Of a stretch of 64,000 nt of DNA, positions 18,725 through 28,137 are shown one piece after another. The stretch's first letter is position 1; every line of letters starts with the position of its first letter. The notes below the pieces were generated by a model that saw nothing but the letters and a program-made list of their open reading frames with translations, was not told the DNA's origin and ran no database searches. The DNA comes from an archaeon (lineage in GTDB: Archaea; Methanobacteriota_B; Thermococci; Methanofastidiosales; NM3): contig RXIG01000001.1 of NCBI GenBank assembly GCA_004212155.1, positions 1 through 64,000 of the forward strand, given 5' to 3'. The translations under genes were made by a program, and so were the position numbers.

Positions 18725-21061
18725 CTAAAACCATCCCTCAAGGCTCGATTGTCGCGTCCTTTGGTACTCGAGCTCCTCTTTGGAATATCCGAGCGGCTGC
18801 AAGATGCGCGCCACCGAGGGAATGACCTGATTTTGTATGTAGTAGTTGGCATCGATCTCCTCCCCGTTGTACTCGTCGACGGGGATCACCTTGTCGCGTA
18901 TGCGTCCCTGCCCCTTTAGTACGAGATAGGAGATGATCGTGCCCACGCGCACGTCGTCGCCGCGTTCCTTGAGACGCTTGGCGATCTGTACGTGCGGTCC
19001 GATGGCCTTGTATTGCGAGAGTGCCATGGTAAGCTGCGTATCTATGACGAGGTCGTCTATCGGTACCCTGTTCTCCTTGAGTGAGAGTGTCACCTGCTGC
19101 ACGTGCGCTATGGCGCCTTGGATGTCGGCGTCCCGGAGGATCTTTTCAAGCACGGTGCGCTGGGTCTTCTTGGCGATGCCTGTCCAATCGCGCCGCACGA
19201 CCTCGAGCCCCTTCGTGATGATCTTGTCGTCGTCATCGATGAGCGCATACTTCTTCTTCGTCACGAACAGCCCCCTGCGATAGTATCCCTCGAGCTCGAG
19301 CTCCATGCGCTCTGGCATGCGCTCGTTGACGGATGCGAGGAACTCCTGGGCACGGTCGAGGTCCTTGGTCGGCGTGCATACGAAAAGGGAGTCGGTATCT
19401 CCGTAGACGACGGAGAGGCCCTCGGACTGGGCCTGGTCGATGACGCTGTTGATATACTTTCGTCCCCATGCCGTTATCGACTCGGCCGCCTCCTTCGAGT
19501 ACCACCGCGAGCGCGGATATCCGAGATACCCGTAAAACGAGTTCGCAAGGATCTTGAGAGCCCATTGCTGGCTGTAGAGCGATTTGTGCTCAAACCCCGT
19601 GGCCTTGCCCATGCGTTCCTTGATGCGCATGCGCTCGCTGAGCAGGCTGTCGAGTATCGCGGGGATGAATCCCTTCTCCTTGAGGCAGAAGCAATGACCC
19701 GTCGGCGCCATGTTGTCGGTGCAGCACTCGCAATCGAGCGTGTACGGGTCAACGTTGTGGCTGATGATGATCGATGGGTACAGCGAACGGAAATCAAAGT
19801 AGAAGATATGCTCATGCAGCCCCTTTATCGGTTCGACGACATACGCGCCCTCGTAGGTCTCGGCGAAACGACGCGAGAGGTCAGCAGAGCTTGGTGGGCT
19901 GGGTATGAGTGCATTGAGCTCGTGGCTGTGGCGCATGAGGAGCCATTCGACAAGGGCCGACGACGAAGCGCGCGCAACGTCAAAGGGGCGCTGATTGACG
20001 ATCTTTGTCATCTCATACTGGAGCGGCAGCATCTGCTCGCCTATCTCGAATGTGGAAACGGCGTCGTCGCGTGAGTATTCGACAAGCTCCTCGAGCAGGG
20101 ACTCGTCGTCCCAGTACTGCCATATCTTCGAGCCGTCAAGGTCCGACTTCTCGCGCCCCATATACTCGGCGTAGACGGCCTCGAGCGTGTAGCGGGAGAC
20201 GTTCACGTTCTTTTTCACGATGGGGTAGAGGTCGACATGGACCATGCCAGGGACCTCCGCGCTCGTGTTCGACCCACGTCCTTTTAGCTTCATATGGGAC
20301 ACGAAGGGGTGGGAGATGCCATTGACCTCGCAGCGTTTCTTGATGTAGGGGAGGTCGAAGTTGTCGCCGTTGTAGGTAACGAAGACCTCTGGCGAGAGGC
20401 GGTCGAGGAAGGCGAAGAACCCCTCGAGCATCGACGCCTCGTCGTCAAAGTGGTCGACACCCTTGCACGCCTTCCAGCAAAAGACGTGCGACTCCTCGCC
20501 CGTTGCAGCCGATATCATGATGATCGGGTCCGTAGCGGCATCAGGCATCGACTTGTTGACGCTGTATGTCTCGATGTCAAGGCTCATTGACGTAAGCTCC
20601 TCAGGCGCATCCTGGGAGGGAACAGCGTCAACGAGGTACTCCCTGCCGTTACGCAGTTCGGTCGTCATGTCGAGCGGCATGAGGGGTCGAAGCCCTGTGT
20701 CGATGAGGTAGCGGCGGACATAGGGAATGTCATACTCGAATATCGTCGCGTACTGCGCAATGTCTTCGCGAAGTTCGGGCACGTCGAAGGGGTATCTGAA
20801 AAATACCTTGAGGACAGTGACGTCCTCATGGTCGTAGCGTTTGGTGACCTCCTCGGTGCGAAGCACCTGGACGACCTTTTCCTTTGAGACCTTCACAAGA
20901 TCCTCGATTTTCTCGCGCGCCCCTTCCTCCGAGGGGATCGCGTATATGTAGGGATCGTGCCTGTCATCGTAGATGATGCGGGCGGAATCGCCCTCCTTGA
21001 CGAAGAGCCGCACTGCCGTTTTTTCGTCCATCGCGACATAATCGCAGTCATAGATGATCAT
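18725..21061 (-). CDS. polB: Family B DNA polymerase (PolB3-type), no intein
   Basis: DIET, YNGDNFD, DFRSLYPSII, KILANSFYGY, YGDTDS, KKYA; uracil-pocket EYDIP; C-terminal PIP box QSSLEGWF. Confidence 0.97.
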   Translation of the reverse strand: MIIYDCDYVAMDEKTAVRLFVKEGDSARIIYDDRHDPYIYAIPSEEGAREKIEDLVKVSKEKVVQVLRTEEVTKRYDHEDVTVLKVFFRYPFDVPELREDIAQYATIFEYDIPYVRRYLIDTGLRPLMPLDMTTELRNGREYLVDAVPSQDAPEELTSMSLDIETYSVNKSMPDAATDPIIMISAATGEESHVFCWKACKGVDHFDDEASMLEGFFAFLDRLSPEVFVTYNGDNFDLPYIKKRCEVNGISHPFVSHMKLKGRGSNTSAEVPGMVHVDLYPIVKKNVNVSRYTLEAVYAEYMGREKSDLDGSKIWQYWDDESLLEELVEYSRDDAVSTFEIGEQMLPLQYEMTKIVNQRPFDVARASSSALVEWLLMRHSHELNALIPSPPSSADLSRRFAETYEGAYVVEPIKGLHEHIFYFDFRSLYPSIIISHNVDPYTLDCECCTDNMAPTGHCFCLKEKGFIPAILDSLLSERMRIKERMGKATGFEHKSLYSQQWALKILANSFYGYLGYPRSRWYSKEAAESITAWGRKYINSVIDQAQSEGLSVVYGDTDSLFVCTPTKDLDRAQEFLASVNERMPERMELELEGYYRRGLFVTKKKYALIDDDDKIITKGLEVVRRDWTGIAKKTQRTVLEKILRDADIQGAIAHVQQVTLSLKENRVPIDDLVIDTQLTMALSQYKAIGPHVQIAKRLKERGDDVRVGTIISYLVLKGQGRIRDKVIPVDEYNGEEIDANYYIQNQVIPSVARILQPLGYSKEELEYQRTRQSSLEGWF

Positions 21062-21108
21062 TGAGATAAGATATTTATACCACGTATTTAAAGGTATAGA
21101 TAGGTGAT

Positions 21109-21780
21109 ATGATGAAGATTGAGTTCCTTGGACACTCCGCTTTCAGGATCGCTGCACAAAAGACGGTGCTTATCGATCCGTTCCTTTCTAACAATCCGCG
21201 CTCGTCGGTCAAGCCCGGCGATCTAACCGATATCGACATGGTGCTCGTCACCCACGGGCATGGCGACCATCTTGGCGATGCCATCGAGATTGCCAAGAAC
21301 AACGATGCCGTATTCGTAGCCATGTACGAGCTTGCGCACTATGCGGCCTCTAAAGGGGTAAAACAGTTCGAACCGATGAACATCGGCGGCACCATCGATG
21401 TTGGGGGTATCAAGATCACGATGACCAACGCGACCCATTCGTCCGACTTCGAGGGCGGCGCCGGGCATTCTGCAGGATTTGTCGTTAACTTCGGAGACCA
21501 TTCGGTCTACCACACGGGCGACACGGGCGTCTTCTACGACATGAAGCTTATCAGCGAGCTCTACAATCCCGAGGTCGCGTTGCTTCCCATCGGGTCACGA
21601 TTCACGATGGGTGTCAAGGAGGCGATAAAGGCTGTCGAGCTGTTGGACCCGCAGGTCGTCATCCCGATGCATTACAGCACGTACCCCGCCATAGAACAGG
21701 ACCCCCAGGAGCTCAAGCGCGCCGTTGGCGACTCCACCCACGTCGTGATACTCGCACCCGGGGAATCATTCACGTTTTAG
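21109..21780 (+). CDS. Metal-dependent hydrolase, metallo-beta-lactamase fold (UPF0173)
   Basis: LGHSAF, IDPF, THGHGDH, HTGDT, PMHY. Confidence 0.93.
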   Translation: MMKIEFLGHSAFRIAAQKTVLIDPFLSNNPRSSVKPGDLTDIDMVLVTHGHGDHLGDAIEIAKNNDAVFVAMYELAHYAASKGVKQFEPMNIGGTIDVGGIKITMTNATHSSDFEGGAGHSAGFVVNFGDHSVYHTGDTGVFYDMKLISELYNPEVALLPIGSRFTMGVKEAIKAVELLDPQVVIPMHYSTYPAIEQDPQELKRAVGDSTHVVILAPGESFTF

Positions 21781-23031
21781 CCGCTTGACGATCCCTTTTC
21801 GTTTCGTCCAGGTGCCATAGACCGCGCAGAGCCCGAGCGCGCCATACAGGGCACCTTGCATTATCTCATACTTGTAGAGTTCATCCTCGCACGACTGCAC
21901 CTTTGTTCGCACCTCGGCCACTTTCTTGGAATTGCCGAGTTGCGCGTAGATGTCTAGTGACAGCTCATAGAACTTCTTCGCCTCACGATAGTTCTTTCCT
22001 TCGAACTCCCTGTCCCCCTGGACATAGTAGTTTCGTGCCTGCAGATAGGTCTTTGCGAGTTGGATCTTCGACCTGCTCCCTTCCGCCAACTCGTCATAGC
22101 CAAGGCGTTCGTAGAGCTCGATGGCACGTTCGAGATACGATATGGCCGTGGTGTAGTCGCTTACCGCATATGCGTTCTCTCCAAGCTCGCGGAGCTGCTC
22201 CGCCTGGAGGAACGCCTCCTGGACGGCAGTCCCTTTGATCTTTACCTCTATCGACCCTGTCTTTTCATGCACGCCGCCGTACTTGTCCTCATACGTAAGT
22301 GTGAAGAAGATGGTGTGGTACCCGGGCGTGACATCGGCCGTATCGAATCGTGCGATGGCGACGATGCTTCCCGTCACGCCGAGCTCGGGTGGGTCGAAGG
22401 CAGAAAGATATGTGATCTCCTCGAGTGGTATATTGACCGTGCTCTCCGTTGAGAGTTGGATGTTTTGTGCGATGCCCGTACCGAAGTTTTTCATCTCGAG
22501 CTTCACCTCGATAGGGTCGCCGGGCATGACCTCTCCGGTGGACTCCCTCACAGAGAATGCGAGCTTGGGGTCCTGCCGGAAGATCTGCACCGAGATGTCT
22601 GTGGAAAACTGCTCCCATTGGCATCCACCCTCGCATGCCCCGCTGCGGTAGCGCATGACAAGCGTGAGCTGGTGCTTCTGGGCCGGGCACGTCGCCGTGG
22701 GCACGATGCGAAGCGCCGTCACTACCGATTCATTGGGTGACAGGTAGCGCTCGCCCTGGAGGTCGACCTCCACCTCACCCTCCTCTACTATTGTGAAGTA
22801 TTCCTTCTGTGCATTCGTGAGCTCGATGTGCACGAGCGGTCGCCACATGTCCTGCGAGGTCGTGTTGCTGATTAGTAGATTGAGCGTTATCTCCTCGAGC
22901 GGGTCGGGCCGCTCGGGGGACATGGAGCTTAGGACGACGGTCGGTTCCGCCGCTTGGGAGAAGGGGAGAAGCGCGCCTGCAAGGAGCGTCAGCGCGAGGA
23001 GTGTCACGATAGTTCGTTTCATGGTGGTCAT
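21766..23031 (-). CDS. Secreted/membrane-anchored protein with Ig-like (COG1361-like) domains and TPRs
   Basis: Signal peptide MKRTIVTLL, KNFGTGIA beta-sandwich motif, TPR helices, C-terminal TM; start reassigned to 23031 or 23022. Confidence 0.75.
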   Translation of the reverse strand: MTTMKRTIVTLLALTLLAGALLPFSQAAEPTVVLSSMSPERPDPLEEITLNLLISNTTSQDMWRPLVHIELTNAQKEYFTIVEEGEVEVDLQGERYLSPNESVVTALRIVPTATCPAQKHQLTLVMRYRSGACEGGCQWEQFSTDISVQIFRQDPKLAFSVRESTGEVMPGDPIEVKLEMKNFGTGIAQNIQLSTESTVNIPLEEITYLSAFDPPELGVTGSIVAIARFDTADVTPGYHTIFFTLTYEDKYGGVHEKTGSIEVKIKGTAVQEAFLQAEQLRELGENAYAVSDYTTAISYLERAIELYERLGYDELAEGSRSKIQLAKTYLQARNYYVQGDREFEGKNYREAKKFYELSLDIYAQLGNSKKVAEVRTKVQSCEDELYKYEIMQGALYGALGLCAVYGTWTKRKGIVKRLKRE

Positions 23032-23033
23032 CC

Positions 23034-23906
23034 CTATGCGCCCATGAGTATGGTCGACATGTTGCGGATGCCTGGGGCCAGGCCAAGTACTACTATCACG
23101 AGCTTCAATAAATTCTTTATGTTGGTCGTGGTCGCATCGTCCTCTGGCGCCACCCATTCGAGCAGGTAGAGGCTGAGCGTGATGAATACGATCTTTAACG
23201 GGAACATGACCGCGGGACCGGCAATATCGATGAAGAATCCCGTGAGCACGTGCTGTTCGACGTAGTTGTAAAAGTATATGCCAGTAAACGTCGTTGCTGC
23301 ATCGAAGATGTGGGCGCCGACGATGTATTCGTTCCCCCGCAGGAACGTCGAGGGAAATCGGGACGAGGCGAGCAGCAGGGGCACATAGAACACGGCAAAG
23401 AGCACCAGTATGTAGACAATGGCGAGCGTCCGTTCGATGTTGATGGCAACGAGCCCGATCTGGAGCATCGCCACGACGATGCCGATGAGGGAAAGTGTCT
23501 TGTGATACGGTATATGCCTCATGCGCTCAAGCTGCTTTGAGAAGCCAAGCGAGACGAGCGTGAACGCGGTGATGGAGACGTAGATGCCCGGGGTGATGAG
23601 CAGGAACGTGTCGGGATAGACATGGGCATCGACAAGCGCGCGTGCCGTGCCCCCCACGACCATGAACGGCAGCAGGGAGCGTATGAACGTCTGGTCGATC
23701 GTCACAGAGAAATGTTCCAGCAGGCGCAGGATGATGTAGACGCCCACAACGAGCACGAGAGCGTATGCCAGCGTGTTGAATATGTTGTAACCCGAATGCT
23801 GTGTGATCGGTTCGATGAAGTACTTCGTGAAGAAGTCAACGATCGTGTCAGTGGCATTGGCCATGATATCACTGCCCCGAACGATATTTAAATTTAATCT
23901 AGCCAT
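23034..23906 (-). CDS. DUF63 family archaeal membrane protein
   Basis: GYNIFNTLAY, LITPGIY, HIFDAATT, YVEQHV, LGLAPGIRN; true start probably MANATD. Confidence 0.85.
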   Translation of the reverse strand: MARLNLNIVRGSDIMANATDTIVDFFTKYFIEPITQHSGYNIFNTLAYALVLVVGVYIILRLLEHFSVTIDQTFIRSLLPFMVVGGTARALVDAHVYPDTFLLITPGIYVSITAFTLVSLGFSKQLERMRHIPYHKTLSLIGIVVAMLQIGLVAINIERTLAIVYILVLFAVFYVPLLLASSRFPSTFLRGNEYIVGAHIFDAATTFTGIYFYNYVEQHVLTGFFIDIAGPAVMFPLKIVFITLSLYLLEWVAPEDDATTTNIKNLLKLVIVVLGLAPGIRNMSTILMGA

Positions 23907-23991
23907 AATGCCACATTCGGGCCCATCGCGAACGGCCCGCTAAAACAAAAATTAAAAAAAATATTTAAGGGCACGTCTTCTCTTCTTATCC

Positions 23992-25023
23992 ATGACAACT
24001 TTGATGCACACCATGGAGATGCCCCGCAAGGTGGCGCTCGGGAGCCGAATACTCAAAGAGGTCCCCTCCATCGTCGGGGAACTGGGTTACCGACATCCCA
24101 TGGTGCTGTGTGACGAAATTACCTACGACATCGCAGGAAAGACAGTTTCCGAAAGCCTTGGATGCCCTTATCTGTGCATCGACGGCGCGACGTCAGGGGA
24201 GGTCGAACGGGTCCGCAACGAGCTTGCGCCCGAGACTGACGTCGTGATCGGCGCCGGCGGAGGCACGGTCATCGATGTCGCAAAGCTCGCATCCCGGTAT
24301 CGGTCGCTTCCCTTCATATCCATCCCAACCGCCGCATCGCATGACGGCATCGCGTCTTCGCGTGCTTCGATCAAGGCAAGGGACCAGAAGACGTCGATCA
24401 AGGCGCTCCCCCCCGTCGCCATCATCGCCGACACCAGCGTCATCGTCAACGCGCCGTACCGCTTCCTCGCCGCGGGGTGTGCCGATCTGATATCCAACTA
24501 TACGGCGGTCAAGGACTGGGAGCTTGCGCACCGCCTCAAGGGTGAGTACTTCTCGGAGTATGCGGCGCAGCTCTCGCTGCTCTCGGCAAAGCTCATGATC
24601 AAGAACGCGTCCGTTATCAGGGAGGGTTCTGAGAGAAGCGTACGCAAGGTGCTCAAGGGACTCATCTCATCAGGCATCGCCATGAGCATAGCGGGCTCCT
24701 CGCGCCCCGCCTCGGGGTCGGAACACCTGTTCTCCCATGCCCTTGACGTCATCGCACCTAAGCCAGCCATGCATGGCGAACAGTGCGGCATCGGATCCAC
24801 CATGATGATGTACCTCCACGGTGGCTCGTGGCGTTCCATACGCAAGGCGCTCAAGACGGTCAACGCCCCCACGACCTCCCACGACCTGCAGATATCTGAC
24901 GAGCACATCATCGAGGCGCTCATGACCGCACACAAGATACGTGACAGATATACAATACTCGGCGACAAGGGTCTTACGAGGGAGGCCGCCGAGTCTCTGG
25001 CCAGGACCACGGGGGTGATATGA
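23992..25023 (+). CDS. egsA: sn-glycerol-1-phosphate dehydrogenase
   Basis: GGGTVIDVAK, PTAASHDG, SRPASGSEHLFSHALD, HGEQCG. Confidence 0.96.
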   Translation: MTTLMHTMEMPRKVALGSRILKEVPSIVGELGYRHPMVLCDEITYDIAGKTVSESLGCPYLCIDGATSGEVERVRNELAPETDVVIGAGGGTVIDVAKLASRYRSLPFISIPTAASHDGIASSRASIKARDQKTSIKALPPVAIIADTSVIVNAPYRFLAAGCADLISNYTAVKDWELAHRLKGEYFSEYAAQLSLLSAKLMIKNASVIREGSERSVRKVLKGLISSGIAMSIAGSSRPASGSEHLFSHALDVIAPKPAMHGEQCGIGSTMMMYLHGGSWRSIRKALKTVNAPTTSHDLQISDEHIIEALMTAHKIRDRYTILGDKGLTREAAESLARTTGVI

Positions 25024-25024
25024 G

Positions 25025-25450
25025 ATGCTTACCCTCATTGGCGAGAGCATGGCGAAAAAGGGCATGAAGTTCATCTTCGAGGGCGCAGACAATGAGAACT
25101 GTGTGAAGTGCAAGCTCCGCTTCACATGCTCGACGAATCTTGAGAAGGGTCGCGTCTACGAGGTCATCGACGTGAAGAAGACCAAGCACTACTGTCCGAA
25201 GGAGGACGCCTACGTGCAACTCGTCGAGATCGTCGAACCGACGCTCGAGATGGCTGTTGCATCCCGGCGGGCCATCGAGGGAATGACGTTCGAGTACGAA
25301 CCGCCGTGTTCCCGGGCGCGCTGCAGGTATCGCGACGAATGCGTACCCCCGGGCGTTGCCCGCGGCGAGAAGGTCCGTATCACGCGGATACTGGGACCCC
25401 TCGAATGCCCCGAGGGACCAAAGAAACGTGTCGAGATCGTGCGAATCTAG
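25025..25450 (+). CDS. UPF0179 family protein
   Basis: TLIG start, CxxC...C, LEKGRVYEV, HYCP; usual neighbour of egsA. Confidence 0.88.
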   Translation: MLTLIGESMAKKGMKFIFEGADNENCVKCKLRFTCSTNLEKGRVYEVIDVKKTKHYCPKEDAYVQLVEIVEPTLEMAVASRRAIEGMTFEYEPPCSRARCRYRDECVPPGVARGEKVRITRILGPLECPEGPKKRVEIVRI

Positions 25451-26727
25451 GGATAGATGCGCGACGGCGTTCGGGGAAAGAGGCAAGCATCACGTATATG
25501 CTCGAGCTTGAGTATCCACCTCACCAGGCGTTCGATGCCAAGACCGAATCCTGAGTGTGGCACGCTTCCGTACTTTCTTAGGTCGAGATACCACTGGTAG
25601 TTGTCTATCTCCTCTCCTTCCTTCAACAATCGTTCGACGAGGAGCTGGTAGTCGTCCTCGCGCTGGCTTCCGCCGATGATCTCGCCGTAGCCGGCCGGCG
25701 CCTCGAGGTCCGCACACACTGCCCTGTCCCCCTTTTGCTTCATATAAAAGGCCTTGATATCCTTGGGGAAGTTCTTCACGAAGAAGGGATGTTCGAAGTC
25801 CTCGGTGAGCACCTTTTCCTCCTCATAGCCCAGATCGTTTCCGAACTCGATGGGCAACCCCTTCGCGTTGATGATCGATATGGCCTCGTCGTAGGTGATG
25901 CGTTCGAACTTCGGTTCCATGTCACGAAAATAGGCTGCGTCCTGGCCGAACTCCTCGAGGATGTCGGCGTGCCGTGAACCGACCGCGTTGCAGATCGACG
26001 CCACGAGCCCTTCCTCGACCTTCTCGTTGCACTCCTCGTCACACCAGGCCATCTCCCCCTCGATGTGGCTGAACTCGGTGAGGTGTCTGCGCGTCCTTGA
26101 TTTTTCAGCCCTGAACGAGGGGGTAAGCGAATAGACGTTCTCGAGGGAGAAGATCGCCGCCTCGAGATGGAGCTGTGCCGTCTGCGAGAGATACGCAGTC
26201 TGTCCAAAGTACTCGAGCGGGAACAGCGTGCTCCCGCCTTCGCCAGCGACACTCATGAGGATCGGCGGGAAGACCTCGTGGAATCCATGCTTGTCAAAGT
26301 AATCTCGCGCCGCCTGTATGACGCTTGACTTGATCTTCATGATCTTTTGTGTCTTCGTTGAACGAAGCGCAAGGTGCCTGATATCAAGCAGCGCCTCGGT
26401 GCCCGTGTCCTCCTGGATGGGGAAGTCGGGTGCCGGTGAGACGAGCGCGAACTCGTCGCAGCGCACCTCGACGCCTCCCGGCGCCCTCTCATCCTCGGCA
26501 ACGGTGCCATGGGCCACGATCGATGCCTCAATGTCGGCATCGCGCGCTGCGGCGAATCCGTTCTCATCAACGTTTTGCTTCTTCACAGAGAGCTGTATGA
26601 TGCCGGTGGAGTCCCGTGCGACAACGAAAATGAGCTTTCCATGCCGCCGCTTGCGGTAGACCCACCCCATAATGGTCACTTCCTCTCCTACTCGTTCTCG
26701 TGCATCCTTGATGTAAAAATCCTTCAT
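25447..26727 (-). CDS. asnS: Asparagine--tRNA ligase
   Basis: GWVYRKR OB domain, FRAEKSRTRRHLTEF, EIIGGSQRE, YGSVPHSGFGLGIERL; start at MKDFY. Confidence 0.9.
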   Translation of the reverse strand: MKDFYIKDARERVGEEVTIMGWVYRKRRHGKLIFVVARDSTGIIQLSVKKQNVDENGFAAARDADIEASIVAHGTVAEDERAPGGVEVRCDEFALVSPAPDFPIQEDTGTEALLDIRHLALRSTKTQKIMKIKSSVIQAARDYFDKHGFHEVFPPILMSVAGEGGSTLFPLEYFGQTAYLSQTAQLHLEAAIFSLENVYSLTPSFRAEKSRTRRHLTEFSHIEGEMAWCDEECNEKVEEGLVASICNAVGSRHADILEEFGQDAAYFRDMEPKFERITYDEAISIINAKGLPIEFGNDLGYEEEKVLTEDFEHPFFVKNFPKDIKAFYMKQKGDRAVCADLEAPAGYGEIIGGSQREDDYQLLVERLLKEGEEIDNYQWYLDLRKYGSVPHSGFGLGIERLVRWILKLEHIRDACLFPRTPSRIYP

Positions 26728-26776
26728 GTGAATCACCTTATCTCGTACAACGAACATATAAAAAAGATGCGCATCC

Positions 26777-27709
26777 CTAGAACCAGCGCTTCATCTGCAG
26801 GATGAACACGCCGATAAGGGAGAGCACCCCGGATATGAAAAGAACGTAGAGGAACGCATTCTCCGAATTCTGGAACGGGAGCGCGACGTTCATGCCATAG
26901 AGGCTTGCCACGATCATCGGAAGCGTGAGGATGATCGTTACCGATGTGAGGAACTTCATGACGATGTTGAGGTTGTTCGATATCACCGAGGCATACGCAT
27001 CCATCGTCCCTGAGAGTATGTTCGTGTAGATGTTGGCCATCTCGATGGCCTGCCTGTTCTCGATGATGACGTCCTCGAGGATGTCTTCATCCTCTGGGTA
27101 GACGTGTCTGAAGACGCTTCGCTGCAATCGTTCCACCATGAGCTCGTTGGCCCTGAGCGCCGTGGTGAAAAAGACCAGGCTCTTTTCAAGATTCAAGAGC
27201 TTGATGAGCTCTTCGTTTTTCATCGACTTGTGCAGTTCGCTCTGGATCGCTGCCAGCCGCACGTTGATGCGCTTGAGGTAGTCAAGGTAGGTAAGGGCGG
27301 TATGGTAGAATATCTGCAATACGAATCGGCTCTTCTTTGCCGTGTTGATGTTCTTTATCCGCCCCGCGACGATCTTGTCAACGATGTCGTTTTGCTTCAC
27401 GGTGACGGTGATGATCGTGCTCTCGCAGATGATGATGCCAAGCGGCAGCGTGCTAAACGGCACGCTTTCCTCCTCCTCGCTGTAGTGGGGGGTGCGCAAC
27501 ACGATGAGCGTGACGATGCCCTCGCTCTCGGTACGGGGGCGCTCGTTTATGTCGAGAGGGTCCTTTATGAACTCCACTGGTATGTCGTATGCCTGGCATG
27601 TCTGGGCCACCTCTTCCTCCGTCGGGGACAGGAGGTGTATCCAGCATCCTTTCTCGAACTCGTTAATCCGTTGCAGCTTTCCTTCCTCGGTCTTGTATAT
27701 AGTAAGCAT
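26777..27709 (-). CDS. corA: CorA family Mg2+ transporter
   Basis: ERPRTE, SNNLNIVMKFLT, YGMNV signature; start MLTIYKT after GGTGA. Confidence 0.95.
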   Translation of the reverse strand: MLTIYKTEEGKLQRINEFEKGCWIHLLSPTEEEVAQTCQAYDIPVEFIKDPLDINERPRTESEGIVTLIVLRTPHYSEEEESVPFSTLPLGIIICESTIITVTVKQNDIVDKIVAGRIKNINTAKKSRFVLQIFYHTALTYLDYLKRINVRLAAIQSELHKSMKNEELIKLLNLEKSLVFFTTALRANELMVERLQRSVFRHVYPEDEDILEDVIIENRQAIEMANIYTNILSGTMDAYASVISNNLNIVMKFLTSVTIILTLPMIVASLYGMNVALPFQNSENAFLYVLFISGVLSLIGVFILQMKRWF

Positions 27710-27933
27710 ATCCTTCACCCCCTACCCTTCGCTGCCTCCATTACGGCTTGTCAGGGCACGTGCGTAATTAAGGTAGTTGTACATACATTTATAAATTAAT
27801 GGGAGGGCGTTTGGCTGTTGGAGGAGCTGCTGATACATCTCCCCTCTGCCGTACCCAGACGCACGTGCGCAACAAAAACTTTTTAAGCGTGCTGTTTATA
27901 CTTTCGCTACCATACGCATTAGGAGGTGCATTT

Positions 27934-28137
27934 TTGGGAAGAATAAGACCACGATTCATCAAACGTGCGGCAACCGAGGTCGTCGAGAAGTACAGGCATG
28001 ACCTTTCGACAAACTACGAGGAGAACAGGGAATTCTTGCGAGAGGTGCTTGAGGTCCCGAGCCAAACGGTGAAGAATCGTATCGTAGGGTACGTAACGAC
28101 CATCATGAAAAAGGAAGAGCGCGCTAAACTAGCTTGA
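27934..28137 (+). CDS. rps17e: 30S ribosomal protein S17e
   Basis: TTG start after AGGAGGTG; GRIRPRFIKR...NRIVGYVT. Confidence 0.95.
   Translation: MGRIRPRFIKRAATEVVEKYRHDLSTNYEENREFLREVLEVPSQTVKNRIVGYVTTIMKKEERAKLA

Noticed and set aside
19103-20074. 323-aa plus-strand ORF
   Set aside because: Antisense shadow of polB
16594-21061. Provirus carrying polB and que genes
   Set aside because: No integrase, capsid or att sites seen; PolB is cellular-type with a PIP box and the flanks look cellular
27799-27933. N-terminal extension of S17e
   Set aside because: A strong SD and TTG at 27934 give the canonical start
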